Part shown: in pieces, positions 12,631-23,886 of the stretch
How positions within the stretch are numbered: the first letter of the stretch is position 1
How the letters are laid out: each line of letters begins with the position of its first letter
DNA from: Dendrobates tinctorius
Lineage: Eukaryota
Direction: 5' to 3'
DNA length: 64,000 bases
NCBI RefSeq assembly: GCF_039654945.1
Contig: NW_027361804.1
Span: 6,448,001-6,512,000 of the forward strand
Program-made: the position numbers and the translations under genes
The notes under the pieces: generated by a model
What the model was told of the DNA's origin: nothing
Databases searched by the model: none
What the model saw: only the letters and a program-made list of their open reading frames with translations

Positions 12631-14090
12631 CTTCCTTACCGATGACGGAGTAGTACGTCATCGGTAAGGTCCCCCTCTTTGAGGTGGGCTCCGGCGGTGA
12701 ACTCGCCTCAAAGCCGAAACATGTCAGCTGTTATGAACAGCTGACATGTGCCCGTAATAGGCGCGAGCGGAATCGCCGTCCGCCCGCTCCGGGCCGTAAA
12801 TGAGCTCATCGCCGACTCCCCCCCCCCCCCCGTCATGTGATCAGGGGTCGGCGCTGAAAGCACAGCAGTAAGGCTGGTTTCACATTAGCGCTTTTTAAGC
12901 GCACGCACGGCCGGGGGTAGCTCCGCCCCCGAGCCGGCTCTCTGCCCGGCGTGCCCCCCCCTTGCTTGTAGCGCCGCCTCCTAGCGCCAATCGCGCACGG
13001 CGCACCGTCAAAAGTGCGCAGCGCAGGTCAAAGCGCAACTAGCGCACGGCCTGCGCACGATCTGCGCACCCTATGCTAAAGATAGGGTGCGCCGATCGCA
13101 GGCGCCGCTGTGCGCTAGGAGGCGGCGCTACAAGCAAGGGGCGGGCACGCCGGGCAGAGAGCCGGCTCGGGGGCGGAGCTACCCCCGGCCGTGCGTGCGC
13201 TTAAAAAGCGCTAATGTGAAACCAGCCTAAATTTGCTACATATGGGCGATCTGCTCATCGCCCATATGTAGCAGAGCCGATCGGGTATTGCATGCTTCAA
13301 GCCTATGGAGGCTATTGAAGCATGCCAAAAGTAAAAAATAAAAAAAAAAATAAAAGTTCAAATCACCCCCCCTTTCACCCCAATCAAAATAAAACAAAAA
13401 AAAAAATCCCACATACACATATTAGGTATCGCCGCGTTCAGAATCGCCCGATCTATCAATAAAAAAAAAAGCATTAACCCGATCGCTAAACGGTGTAGCG
13501 GGAAAAAAATTCAAAACGCCAGAACTACGTTTTTTTGGTCACCGCGACATTGCATTAAAATACAATAACGGGCGATCAAAAGAACGTGTCTGCACAAAAG
13601 TGGTATCATTAAAAACGTCAGCCTGGCACACAAAAAATAAGCCCTCACCTGACCCCAGATCACGAACAATGGAAACGCTACGGGTCTCAGAAAATTGCGC
13701 AATTTTTTTTTTTTTTTTAAGCAAACTTTGGAATTTTTTTTCACCACTTAGATAAAAGAGAACCTAGACATGTTTGGTGTCTATGAACTCATAATGACCT
13801 GGAGAATCATAATGGCAGGTCAGATTTAGCAAATAGTGAACCTAGCAAAAAAGCCAAGCAAAAAACAACTGTGATTGCACTTTTTTTGCAATTTCAACGC
13901 ACTTGGAATTTTTTTCCCGTTTTTGTGTATACGATATGGTAAAACCAATGATGTTGTTTAAAAGTACAACTCATCCCGCAAAAAATAAGCCCTCACGTGG
14001 CCATATTGACGGAAAAATAGTTATGGCTCTGGAAAAGAAGGGGAGCGAAAAATGAAAAATCGAATAATGCTCCGGGAGTGAAGGGGTTAA
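12631..14090. mobile_element. Non-autonomous piggyBac-like (TTAA) element inserted in DIRS RT
   Basis: Right end GAAGGGG|TTAA (14087-14090). It interrupts the RT LDLKD motif. Left end is eroded; interior is AT-rich and non-coding. Confidence 0.65.
12872..13227. mobile_element. PIF/Harbinger-type palindromic MITE
   Basis: TAA target-site duplication (12869-71, 13228-30); near-perfect ~110-bp inverted arms starting GGCTGGTTTCACATTAGCG. Confidence 0.9.
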
Positions 14091-14142
14091 GGACACATAT
14101 TGCCACATACCTATACATGCAGATCACCAGCAGTACCTTAGG

Positions 14143-14673
14143 GTGGCGGTGTCACTGGGGGGTACGGTTAGACATTTCCAGTTTAAAGCCCTCCCGTTTG
14201 GTCTCGCCTTTGCCCCATGGGTCTTCACCAAGGTAGTCACAGAGGTCATGGCACATCTCCATGATCAAGATGTCATGATGGTCCCCTATTTGGATGACTT
14301 TTTAATAGTAGGCAATTTGGTCTTTCATTGCATTAGTCAGTCAGAGGGTGTAATGTCCACTCTAGAAGGGTTGGGGAGGCTTTTGAATCTCAAAAAGTCA
14401 CGTTTGCAACCCCTGAGGGTGCAGGAGTTCCTGGGTCTCGTGCTGCGCTCCGAAACTCAGGAGTGTCGGCTACTGGTGCCCAAAATAGAGGGTATTCAGC
14501 ATCAAGTTTTGAAGGCAGTAAACAATCCATCTATGTCCATTAGGAGTGCGATGTCCCTTTTAGGGGTGCTCACTTCCTGTATTCCAGCTGTCCGGTGGGC
14601 CCAATTACATACTAGGGCCTTACAATGGGAAGTGTTGCGTAACGACCATTTGCTTAGAGGGTGCCTAGAATGA
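14143..14673 (+). pseudogene. DIRS reverse transcriptase fragment
   Basis: HFQFKALPFGL...PYLDDFLI...LNLKKS motifs; the 5' part of RT lies at ~12250-12630, before an insertion. Confidence 0.85.
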
Positions 14674-15569
14674 ACAGTCACTCTGTCCCCCTCTACAATA
14701 CAATCCTTTCTTTGGTGGTTAAATTTATCAAATTTGTCTAGAGGGGTTCCCTGGGTGACCACATTTCCCGGATTGTCACCATCGATGCCAGCCCCACGGG
14801 TGTGGGGGCCCATTTGGGGAGGTGATGGCCCAGGAGAGGTGGACAAGGTGTGAGAGTGGTGGCTCATCTAACCTGAAAGTTGTTGGCAGTGGAGCTGGCA
14901 AAAAGACAGCTCTTATGTCCCTACAGGGTTAACATGTCAGAATACTTTCAGACAATCAGGTAACGGTGGCCTACATCAACCACCACGGTGGGACTCGGTC
15001 CAGGTCTTTGATGGAAGTGGCGGATCGTATATTTCAGATAGTCGAAACTCCTGTCGTTAACCTCCCAGCACATAAAAGGGAACATCAAGGCAGACTTCCT
15101 AAGCCGCAACCAAGTCAGGCAGGGAGAATGGGTGTTAAACCGAACTGTCTTCAACAAGATTGTGTATAGGTGGGGATCTCCGGACATGGACCTCTTTGCC
15201 ACCAGGGAGAACAGAAAGGTGCATCAGTTCAGTTCTCTAAACCCCAGAGAAGGTCCACAAGCAGTAGATGCTCTCTTGTGTTTATTACATGGGACCTCAA
15301 TCTGGCATATGCCTTTCCCCCGATAGCCCTAATTCCATAGGTATTGAGAGATCCAGGAGGACAGGCCACGAGTTATCTTTATCGCCCCCTTTTGGCCCAG
15401 AGGCCATGGTTTTCCAGGCTGAGGAGGAAGTCCGTTACCAATCCATGGGTTCTTCTGGAACTCCCAGACCTCTCCCAAGGACCAATCTTCCATCCATGTG
15501 TGTCCAGCCTACATCTGACGGCGTGGATTTTGAGAGGGCGCTGTTGATAGGGAAAGGGTTTATACTTCA

Positions 15570-16495
15570 GAGTAGGAAAGTATCCACAACAACGATTTAT
15601 GTTAGAACCTGGAATAAGTTTCTATCAGACTCAGGTGTGGTGGAGATTGGGGGAAAGGTTCAGATAGGGCAAGTTCTGGAATCCCTACAAAAGGGCCTAG
15701 ATATAGGATTATCCATGAACACCCTCAAGGTCCAGGTATCAGCTCTGGGGGCCCTAAATGGTGGTCTGGTGGGCAATTATTGGGTGGCTAGGTTTATCAG
15801 AGCATCGGCTAGGTCTAGGCCCATCCTTAAAGAGAGAATAATGCCTTGGGATCTGAACCTAGTTCTATCAGCATTGACAGTCTCCCTTTGAGCCCATTGA
15901 TTTAGCCCCAATAAGTTACTTCCCTTAAAATGGCCCTTCCTGTTGCATTAATGTCGGCAAGAAGGGTTAGTGACATTCAGGTCCTGTCCAGAACTTCCAC
16001 TATTTACCCAGGTCCAGGACGATAGGATCATCTTGAAGCCGGATCCGTTTTATCTACTGAAAGTAGCCTCTAAATTTCACAGACTGCAGGAAATAGTTCT
16101 TCCTTCCTTCTGTGCGATCCCTAGGAATCAGAAGGAAGAGCGGCTCCATTCAGTAGATGTCAGGGGTTGCCTATTTAAATATATTTTGGTTAATGACCCT
16201 TGGAAAAGGTATAATTCTTTGTCTCCTTTCAGGGGGCTAGGAAGGGGCTTAAGGTTTCTGAAGGCACTTAAGCTAGATGGATCAGGGAAGCAATAGGTTA
16301 TACAGCAGGTGGTAAGGCAGTTCCAGAGGGTCTGAAGGCTCACTCCACATGAGCCGTGGCAACTTCCTGGGCAGAGAGATCGGAGGTGTCGATTGAACAG
16401 ATATGTAAGGCGGCTATATGGTCTTCTCCTTCCAAGTTTTATAAGCATTATAGGCTTGATATGGGTGGCTATTTCGATCTCACGTTTGGGAGAAG
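15570..16495 (+). pseudogene. DIRS tyrosine recombinase, frameshifted
   Basis: TLKVQVSAL, MPWDLNLVL, SARR, LHSVDV, KAHST, ICKAAIWSSPSKFYKHY; the C-terminus FGRRVLQAVVPP* is restored when the solo LTR is removed. Confidence 0.85.
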
Positions 16496-17340
16496 TGTTA
16501 TGAATAGGTCACCGAGGAGGATAGCAAGAATAGGCTAGGCCACCAGGAAACCAGAAAGGTTGGTAACTCAGCGGATTGCAGACCCCTAATCCTAACAACA
16601 CAACTAGCAGTAGCCGTGGGGCGTACCTATGATACCCTAGACGCCTCGGCACAGCCGGAGATCTAACTAAGCTTAAAGCAAGAAAGGTGAAATCTAAACT
16701 GCCCCGGAATAGAACCCCAAAGAAATAGACAGCCCCCAAATATATATTGTCGTTGAGACAAGATGAGGCACAAACACAGGCAGAAAATAGACTAAGCAAA
16801 TGATGGGGCCCAAACTGTCTAGATAGGAAAGACACTGTCTGCAATCACGCAAAAACCCTAAAAAATCCAACACGTCTGATGTACAAAAAACACTGAGGTC
16901 TCACGACCTCTCCCCCACTATATCAGCATTCTGGTATGAACTGGCAGCAAAGCAAAAGAGACTAATATAACAGGGGACTGAACAAACTGACACAAGCTGT
17001 AACATATGGAGCGGGGTCCAGCACAGCCCAAGCAGGGAGCACGCTGAACCCTCACAGCAAAGCAGAAAGATACAAAACCAGATCAGATGCAAATGAACAA
17101 CTTAACTGAAAAATGCAGGATCAGGCAGGAGACAGCAGACCTCAAAATGCACAGGAAGAAACCAATCACCAGCAGCAACTGAGGGAAGTCTGCTCACTTA
17201 TATCCTCCCAGTCAGTAACCCCTGATTTCCAATCATCGTCGTCAGGTGGCAGACTTCTATCAACCCGGCCAGCTCCACTACCCGCAGTAACCATCAGAGG
17301 GAGCCCCGACTCAGAAGTCAGATCAAGAGAATTCACAACA
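16496..17340. mobile_element. Solo LTR of a related chromovirus family inserted in DIRS YR
   Basis: TGTTATGAA...TTCACAACA termini, GAGAAG duplicated on both sides, and shared blocks with the LTRs at 5212 and 10205 (CGGATTGCAGACCCCT, CAACTAGCAGTAGCCGTGGGG). Confidence 0.9.
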
Positions 17341-17432
17341 GAGAAGGGTGCTTCAGGCTGTGGTCCCTCCCTAATTTTCTTACCCCTCTGTAATTCTCTT
17401 GGTGCTGTCATGGGAGACCGAATAAAGTCTTA

Positions 17433-17630
17433 GGCTGGAGTCACACTGCCATAATTCTCGTGCGATAATCACATCGCACAGCACGTACTGGCCGACACCT
17501 CTCCTGACACGAGCATGACAGCATGATGGATTGCTATGCAGATGTCAAGCTCAGGTCAGGAGAGCCGACAAACAGTGCGAGTTTTACCATGCGATTCTCG
17601 CATGAGAAATACAGCAGTGTGACTCCAGCC
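17433..17630. mobile_element. PIF/Harbinger-type MITE in the DIRS internal complementary region
   Basis: TIR GGCTGGAGTCACACTG at both ends; TTA duplication. Confidence 0.88.
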
Positions 17631-19113
17631 TTAGTTGCTTATCGGTAACGGTGCTTATCGGAGCCCATGACAGCACCCTTATATTCCCTCCCTTCACGTG
17701 TGGATGAGCACTTCTTTATGCAAAAGTAAATTGCGTGTGAAATATTATTTGGTGTACAGAATAATGTGTATATATATATTGCTACTAACCTTGGAGGTCC
17801 TCTGTAGAGAGGTGCCGCCCTTTTATGTCTGTAGGTTTCCTGTCCTTGAAGGGCGGATCCCCTTCTATCATGGTGCTTTCAAGGGCTCCGAAAAACAGTT
17901 ATCGGTAATTAAATAAGACTTTTCCCCGTGTTTTATTTATTTTTTTCCGAGGGTCACTAAAGGGGTTAACTAGTATTACAATTTTATGGGGCGGGTTGTC
18001 ATGGTACAGCAATACCAAATATATGTAGTTCTTTTTTTTTTTTTTGTTTTATGTGAAAAAAGTAATTTATGAGTAATATATATTTATAACTGTCAGTGCT
18101 GCCCTGACACAAGCCCCTGAGACTGTGCTCTACGCGTGGTCTGAGGGGCTTGCCGTAGCCTGGTGACCTGGATGTCGTCATGCTGACATCGGGTCACCAT
18201 GGCAATGATCGGACCCTCGCAATGACGTTACAGGGGTGCAGATTGGAGTGCAGAGAGAGGGCTTCCTCCCTTTGCACGCCTGCTAAAAGCTGCAATTGCA
18301 ATATTTAGGGGATTAAAGTGCCAGGAGCTGAACACCTGGCAGGATCGCGCCCAAAATTGCCAGAACGTACTCTACGTCTAAGGTCGTAAAGGGTTTGCAA
18401 TTACAGGGGTCAGACGGTTCCTGTAGTTCTTGACTAACTTTGCACACACTGCAGCAGGGATCTTGGCCCCCTCCCCCATACTGATCTCCAGGTCTTTCAG
18501 GTTTCAGTGCCGTAGCTTGTCAACCTCCAAAAGTTTTCTCTTGGGTTCAGGTCTGGACACTGGGTAGACCACTCCAGGACCTTGACATGCTTCTTATGGA
18601 GCCACTCCTTAGTTTCCCTGGCTGTGTGTTTCCGTTCATGGTCATGCTGGAAGGCCCAGTCATGACTAATCTTAATGCCTTTACTGAGGGAAGGAGGTTG
18701 TTGGCCAAAATCTTGCGATACATGACCCCTTCCACCCTCCCTTCAGCACGGTGCAGTTGTCTTGACCCTCTGGAAAAAAGCATCCAGAAAGTATGACATT
18801 TTCCCCCCACCATGCTTCACAGTTGGGATGGTGTTCTTGGGGTTGTACTCATCCTTTTTCTTCCTCCAAATATGGTGAGTGGAGATGATACCAAAGAATT
18901 TTGTTCTCGTCTGACCACACGACCTTCTCCCATGCTCCTCCGGATCATCCAGATGGTCATTGGTGAACTTCAAATGGGCCTGGACCTGTGCTGGCGTCAG
19001 CAGGGGGACCTTGTGTGCCCTGCAGGATTTTACTCCGTGATGGCATAGTGTGTTACTAACAGTAATATGTGGTTCCAGCTCTCTTCAGGTCATTGACCAG
19101 GTCCTCCCATGTA

Positions 19114-20739
19114 CAGTGCCTTGCGCAAGTATTCGGCCCCCTGGAACTTTTCAACCTTTTCCCACATATCATGCTTCACACATAAAGATACCAAATGTTG
19201 TTGATTTTTCACCCAAAATTTACAAGTGGGACAAAATTGTGAAGTTGAACGAAATTTATTGGTTATTTTAAATTTTTGTGGAAATTCAAAAACTGAAAAG
19301 TGGGGCGTGCAATATTATTCGGCCCCTGTAACGTAATACTTTGTTGCGCCACCTTTTGCTGCGATTACAGCTGCAGTCTCTTGGGGTATGTCTCTATCAG
19401 TTTTGTACATCGAGAGACTGAAATTCTCGTCCATTCTTCCTTGGCAAACAGCTCGAGCTCAGTGAGGTTGGATGGAGATCGTTTGTGAACAGCAGTTTTC
19501 AGCTCTTCCCACAGATTCTCGATTGGATTTAGGTCTGGACTGTGACTTGGCCATTCTAACACCTGGATACGTTTATTTGTGAACCATTCCATTGTAGATT
19601 TTGCTTTATGTTTGGGATCATTGTCTTGTTGGAAGACAAATCTCCGTCCCAGTCTCAGGTCTTTTGCAGACTCCAACAGGTTTTCTTCAAAAATGGTCTT
19701 GTATTTGGCTCCATCCATCTTCCCATCAATTTTAACCATCTTCCCTGTCCCTGCTGAAGAAAAGCAGGGCCAAACCATGATGCTGCCACCACCATGTTTG
19801 ACAGTGGGGATGGTGTGTTCAGGGTGATGAGCTGTGTTGCCTTTACGCCAAACATATCGTTTGGCATTGTTGCCAAAAAGTTTGATTTTGGTTTCATCTG
19901 ACCAGAGCACCTTCTTCCACATGTTTGGTGTCTCCCAGGTGGCTTGTTGCAAACTTTAAATGACACTTTATGGATATCTTTGAGAAATGGCTTTCTTCTT
20001 GCCACTCTTCCATTAAGGCCAGATTTGTGCAGTGTACGACTGATTCTTGTCCTATGGACAGACTGTCCCACCTCAGCTGTAGATCTCTGCAGTTCATCCA
20101 GACTGATCATGGGCCTCTTGGCTGCATCTCTGATCAGTCTTCTCCTTGTTTGAGATGAAAGTTTAGAGGGACGGCTGGGTCTTGGTAGATTTGCAGTGGT
20201 ATGATACTCCTTTCCATTTCAATATGATCACTTGCACAGTGCTCCTTGGGATGTTTAAAGTTTTGGAAATCATTTTGTATCCAAATCCGGCTTTAATCTT
20301 CTCCAGAACAGTATCACGGACCTGCCTGTTGTGTTCCTTGGTCTTCATGCTGCTCTCTGTGCTTCATACAGAACCCTGAGACTATCACAGAGCAGGTGCA
20401 TTTATACGGGGACTTGATTACACACAGGTGGATTATATTTATCATCATTAGTCATTTAGGACAACATTGGATCATTCAGAGATCCACAATGAACTTCTGG
20501 AGTGAGTTTGCTGCACTGAAAGGAAAGGGGCTGAATAATATTGCACGCCCCACTTTTCAGTTTTTGAATTTCCAAAAAAATGTAAATTAGCCAATAAATT
20601 TCGCTCAACTTCACAATTGTGTCCCACTTGTTGTTAATTCTTCACCAAAAATTTACATTTGGTATCTTTATGTTTGAAACATGATATGTGGGAAAAGGTT
20701 GAAAAGTTCCAGGGGGTCGAATACTTGCGCAAGGCACTG
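19114..20739 (-). mobile_element. Tc1/mariner DD34E transposon with ~210-bp TIRs and a frameshifted transposase
   Basis: TA|CAGTGCCTTGCGCAAGTATTC...GAATACTTGCGCAAGGCACTG|TA; MKTKEH start at 20348; WSDETK, QQDNDPKH, SPDLNPIENLW motifs in 19365-19952. Confidence 0.95.
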
Positions 20740-20770
20740 TAGTTCTGTGCGGATTCCTGACCTTTCTTAA

Positions 20771-21120
20771 GGCCCCGTCACACACAGCGATATCACCAGT
20801 GAGATCGCTGTGTGTGACGGGGATCAGCGACCGGCCCCCCTGCCGGGTATCGCTGATCATGCTCGATCGGCCTGGGCCATTTTTTTGATCGCTGGTCTCC
20901 CGCTGGCCAGCGCGCATCGCTGCATGTGGCAGCGAGAGATCAGCGACGCTAGTTTCTAATGTAAACACCGCGCGGCTCCTGGATACCCGCTGCTTACATT
21001 AGAAACCAGCTTGCTCGCTGGTCCTGATCGCTGGAGGGGCTGTCTAACGATGTCCCAGCGATCACATCCATGTCGGATCATTGGTGGGATCGCTGGGACA
21101 TCGTTATGTGTAACGGGGCC
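20771..21120. mobile_element. PIF/Harbinger-type MITE
   Basis: TIRs GGCCCCGTCACAC / GTGTAACGGGGCC; TAA on the left, imperfect duplication on the right. Confidence 0.75.
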
Positions 21121-21699
21121 TTTAGAATCATCCTTACCCCATAAGGCGAGATCTTGCATGGAGCCCCAGACCGAGGAAGATTGACAGTCATCTTGTGTTT
21201 CTTCCATTTTCTAATAATTGCTCCAACAGTTGTTGCCTTCTCTTCAAGCTGCTTGCCTATTGTCCTGTAGCCCATCCCAGCCTTGTGCGGGTCTACAATT
21301 GTGTACCCGGTGTCCTCAGACAGCTCTTTGGTCTTGGCCATGGTGGAGAGGTTGGAGTGTGATTGAGTGTGTGGACAGGTGTCTTTTATACAAGTAACGA
21401 GATAAAACCCGTGCAATTAATCCAGGTAATGAGTGCAGAGTAGGAGGCTTCTTACAGAAAACTAACAGGTCTGTGAGATCCAGAATTCACACTGGTTTGT
21501 CGGTGATCAAATAATTAATTTGCATTTTATTGCATGAAATATGTAACAATCCTACAATGTGATTCTCTGGATTTTATCGTCAGATTCTGTGTCTCACAGG
21601 TGAAGTGTACTGATAACAATTACACAGATCACTCCAGTCTGTGTAGGGGGAAAATGTGCAGAATTGTCAGTGTATCCAATACTTATTTTCCCTATTGTA

Positions 21700-23655
21700 T
21701 GGGGTGTCTCTGTATATATTGGGGGTCTCTGTGTATGGGGGGTCTCTGTGTGTATATCTGGGGGGTCTCTGTATATATCAGGGGTCTCTGTGTATATCTG
21801 GGGGGTCTCTGTATATATTGGGGGTCTCTGTGTATGGGGGGGTCTCTGTGTGTATATCTGGGGGGTCTGTGTATATATCGGCATCTCTGTATATCTGGGG
21901 GGTCTCTGTATATATCGGGGGTCTCTGTGTATATCGGGGGTCTGTGTATATCTGGGGGGTCTCTGTGTATATCTGGGGGGTCTCTGTGTATATCTGGGGG
22001 GTCTCTGTATATATCGGGGGTCTCTGTGTATATCGGGGGTCTCTGTGTATATCTGGGGGGTCTCTGTGTATATCTGGGGGGTCTCTATATATCAGGGGTC
22101 TCTGTGTATATCTGGGGGGGTCTGTGTATATATCGGCGTCTCTGTATATCTGGGGGGTCTGTGTATATATCGGGGGTCTCTGTGTATATCGGGGGTCTCT
22201 GTGTATATCTGGGGGGTCTCTGTGTATATCTGGGGGGTCTCTGTGTATATCTGGGGGGTCTCTGTATATATCGGGGGTCTCTATATATCTGGGGGGTCTC
22301 TATATATCGGGGGTCTCTGTGTATATCTGGGGGGTCTCTGTATATATCAGGGGTCTCTGTGTGTATATCTGGGGGGTCTCTGTATATATCGGGGGTCTCT
22401 GTGTATATCTGGGGGGTCTCTGTATATATTGGGGGTCTCTGTGTATATCTGGGGGGTCTCTGTATATATCGGGGGTCTCTGTGTATATCTGGGGGGTCTC
22501 TGTATATATTGGGGGTCTCTGTGTATGGGGGGTCTCTGTGTATATCTGGGGGGTCTCTGTATATATCGGGGGTCTCTGTGTATGGGGGGTCTCTGTGTAT
22601 ATCGGGGGTCTCTGTATATCGGGGGTCTCTGTGTATATCTGGGGGGTCTCTGTATATATCTGGGGGGTCTCTATATATCGGGGGGTCTCTGTGTATATCT
22701 GGGCGGTCTCTATATATCGGGGGTCTCTGTGTATATCGGGGCCTCTGTATATCGGGGGTCTCTATATATCGGGGGTCTCTAGTCTGTGTATAGCTGGGGG
22801 GTCTCTGTATATATCGGGGGTCTCTGTGTATATCGGGGGGGTCTCTGTATATATTGGGGGTCTCTGTGTATGGGGGGTCTCTGTGTATATCTGGGGGGTC
22901 TCTATATATCGGGGGTCTCTGTGTATGGGGGGTCTCTGTGTATATCGGGGTCTCTGTGTATATCGGGGGTCTCTGTATATCGGGGGTCTCTGTGTATATC
23001 TGGGGGGTCTCTGTATATATCTGGGGGGTCTCTATATATCGGGGGTCTCTGTGTATATCTGGGGGGTCTCTATATATCGGGGGTCTCTGTGTATATCGGG
23101 GGTCTCTGTGTATATCGGGGTCTCTGTGTATATCGGGGCCTCTGTATATCGGGGGTCTCTATATATCGGGGGTCTCTAGTCTGTGTATAGCTGGGGGGTC
23201 TCTGTATATATCGGGGGTCTCTGTGTATATCGGGGGGGTCTCTGTATATATTGGGGGTCTCTGTGTATGGGGGGTCTCTGTGTATATCTGGGGGGTCTCT
23301 ATATATCGGGGGTCTCTGTGTATGGGGGGTCTCTGTGTATATCGGGGTCTCTGTGTATATCGGGGGTCTCTGTATATCGGGGGTCTCTGTGTATATCTGG
23401 GGGGTCTCTGTATATATCTGGGGGGTCTCTATATATCGGGGGTCTCTGTGTATATCTGGGGGGTCTCTATATATCGGGGGTCTCTGTGTATATCGGGGTC
23501 TCTGTGTATATCGGGGCCTCTGTATATCGGGGGTCTCTATATATCGGGGGTCTCTAGTCTGTGTATAGCTGGGGGGTCTCTGTATATATCAGGGGTCTCT
23601 GTGTATATCGGGGGTCTGTGTATATCTGGGGGGTCTCTGTATATATCGGGGGTCT
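21700..23655. repeat. G-rich ~20-22-bp minisatellite (GGGGGGTCTCTGTGTATATCT) with higher-order ~400-bp duplications
   Basis: Tandem copies; the marker CTCTAGTCTGTGTATAGCT recurs at ~22777, ~23174 and ~23552. Confidence 0.95.
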
Positions 23656-23739
23656 TTATCTTCACTTGCCACGTTTCGGGGTCTGTTCATTACACATAAA
23701 GCTTTCTCCCCTCGGTTTTTTTTTTTCGCTCCGCCCCTC

Positions 23740-23886
23740 ATAACACAGTTCTGGCTCCGCCCCCAGCACGATGAGACCGCTGACCAATGGGCGGGCGGGA
23801 CACTGCCGGGTGCGTTGTCAGGAGCAGACACTGGTTGCTAAGGGGGCAGAAGTCCGGATCTAACTAACGGGGAAAGAAGCGGCGAA
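23740..23886 (+). promoter_or_regulatory. TULP3 core promoter / 5' UTR
   Basis: GC boxes (CTCCGCCCC, GGGCGGGCGGG), CCAAT at 23784-23788, RFX-like GTTGCTAAGGG; lies directly upstream of the exon 1 ATG. Confidence 0.65.

Larger units (their letters stand above)
4403..17922 (+). mobile_element. DIRS1-type tyrosine-recombinase retrotransposon, degenerate, interrupted by four direct insertions (one carrying a further MITE)
   Basis: Inverted terminal repeats 4403-4491 and ~17805-17922 (GGATCCGTCCTTCAAGGACAGGAAACCTACAG versus its reverse complement). An internal complementary region at ~17400-17680 matches both ends. Remnants: gag (5038, 11003-12200), RT (LPFGLAFAP, PYLDD, 14143-14673), RNase H (YINHHGGTRS), methyltransferase-like (PDMDLFAT, YAFPP) and tyrosine recombinase (15570-16495 plus 17341-17373). 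Confidence 0.9.
18398..21697 (-). mobile_element. Older degenerate Tc1 transposon hosting nested insertions
   Basis: Minus-strand transposase remnants (MAKTKELS...GAIIRKWKK at ~21341; NTIPTVKHGGG at ~18810); right TIR-like end followed by TA at 21698; left end truncated. Confidence 0.8.

Noticed and set aside
21534-23699. Gly/Val/Tyr/Cys-rich ORFs resembling keratin-associated proteins
   Set aside because: Open in all three frames because of the minisatellite; no splice or promoter support.
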